From the NCBI GenBank assembly GCA_963702425.1, contig CAVPCQ010000006.1, positions 1-64,000 on the forward strand: a stretch of DNA of 64,000 nt, in the 5' to 3' direction. The position numbers were made by a program, and so were the translations under genes. Source of the DNA: an uncultured Acidobacteriota bacterium (GTDB taxonomy: Bacteria; Acidobacteriota; Polarisedimenticolia; J045). Under the pieces are notes generated by a model. The model searched no databases, had not been told where the DNA came from, and saw only the letters and a list, made by a program, of their open reading frames with translations. Below, one piece after another: positions 63,627 through 64,000 of the stretch (within the stretch, counting starts at the first letter, position 1; each line of letters opens with the position of its first letter).

Positions 63627-64000
63627 TCACTCCTCGCGCTCGTGCGCGACACCTTTCACGATCATCATCGCGGTCGAGGTTGTGGGATTGATCGTTCCCT
63701 CCAGATCGATCGTCACCGGAATCTCGCTGCCTTCCGGATAGTAGTCGTTCCTTAGCTGCGCCGAGAGGCGCAAGGTGACCTCGCCTGTCACGATGTTTAT
63801 CTCCCCCCGACTGAGAAACCCTCCCCTAAGCGAGTACACGTTCACACCGGTCGCATTCGGCGCCGTCGCGGAATGCACCAGCGACGGCACTGTTGCGGTG
63901 AAGCTCTTCACGCGCAACTTGCGCAGATTCGGCTGATCTCCTGCCTCTATCGCAAACACAATTCCAACTTCCGATAGTTGCAGGCCAAGACTAATCCCTG
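63627..64000 (-). CDS. Hypothetical beta-rich protein, 3' part (start probably outside window)
   Basis: Open frame with plausible composition upstream of the lgt-like gene; no recognised motif. Confidence 0.45.
   Translation of the reverse strand, partial: GISLGLQLSEVGIVFAIEAGDQPNLRKLRVKSFTATVPSLVHSATAPNATGVNVYSLRGGFLSRGEINIVTGEVTLRLSAQLRNDYYPEGSEIPVTIDLEGTINPTTSTAMMIVKGVAHEREE

Overview
High-GC bacterial chromosome segment. Gene content and style suggest an Acidobacteriota-like or related lineage (inference, not established). It is almost entirely housekeeping: recN-coaD-nfeD/stomatin-GGDEF-lnt-prfB, hrcA-grpE-dnaK-dnaJ-prmA, pgsA-cinA-thpR-plsY-gpsA, ftsY-ribD-ribE-ribBA, ffh-rpsP-khpA-rimM-trmD-rplS, PBP1A, xseAB-ispA-tlyA-nadK, zapA-6S RNA-rny-ymdB, tRNA-Val-thrS-rpmI-rplT, carA and ispG. 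About 16 apparent frameshifts break otherwise conserved, often essential genes, which is best explained by long-read indel errors; only the prfB +1 shift looks biological. Most notable: (1) an archaeal-type PheRS alpha/beta pair sits inverted exactly where bacterial pheST normally lies, and its beta subunit carries a CxxC...CxxC insertion; (2) the RNase Y homologue has lost most HD-domain metal ligands; (3) GTAG-type REP hairpins supply stop codons for three genes; (4) an attC-like hairpin; (5) a QW-motif alpha/alpha-barrel gene overlapping a long-form ispG; (6) a lower-GC accessory block at the right edge pairing an Lgt homologue with an archaemetzincin-like lipoprotein; (7) a candidate sigma54-driven sRNA. 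All calls come from reading motifs by eye; no searches were run.
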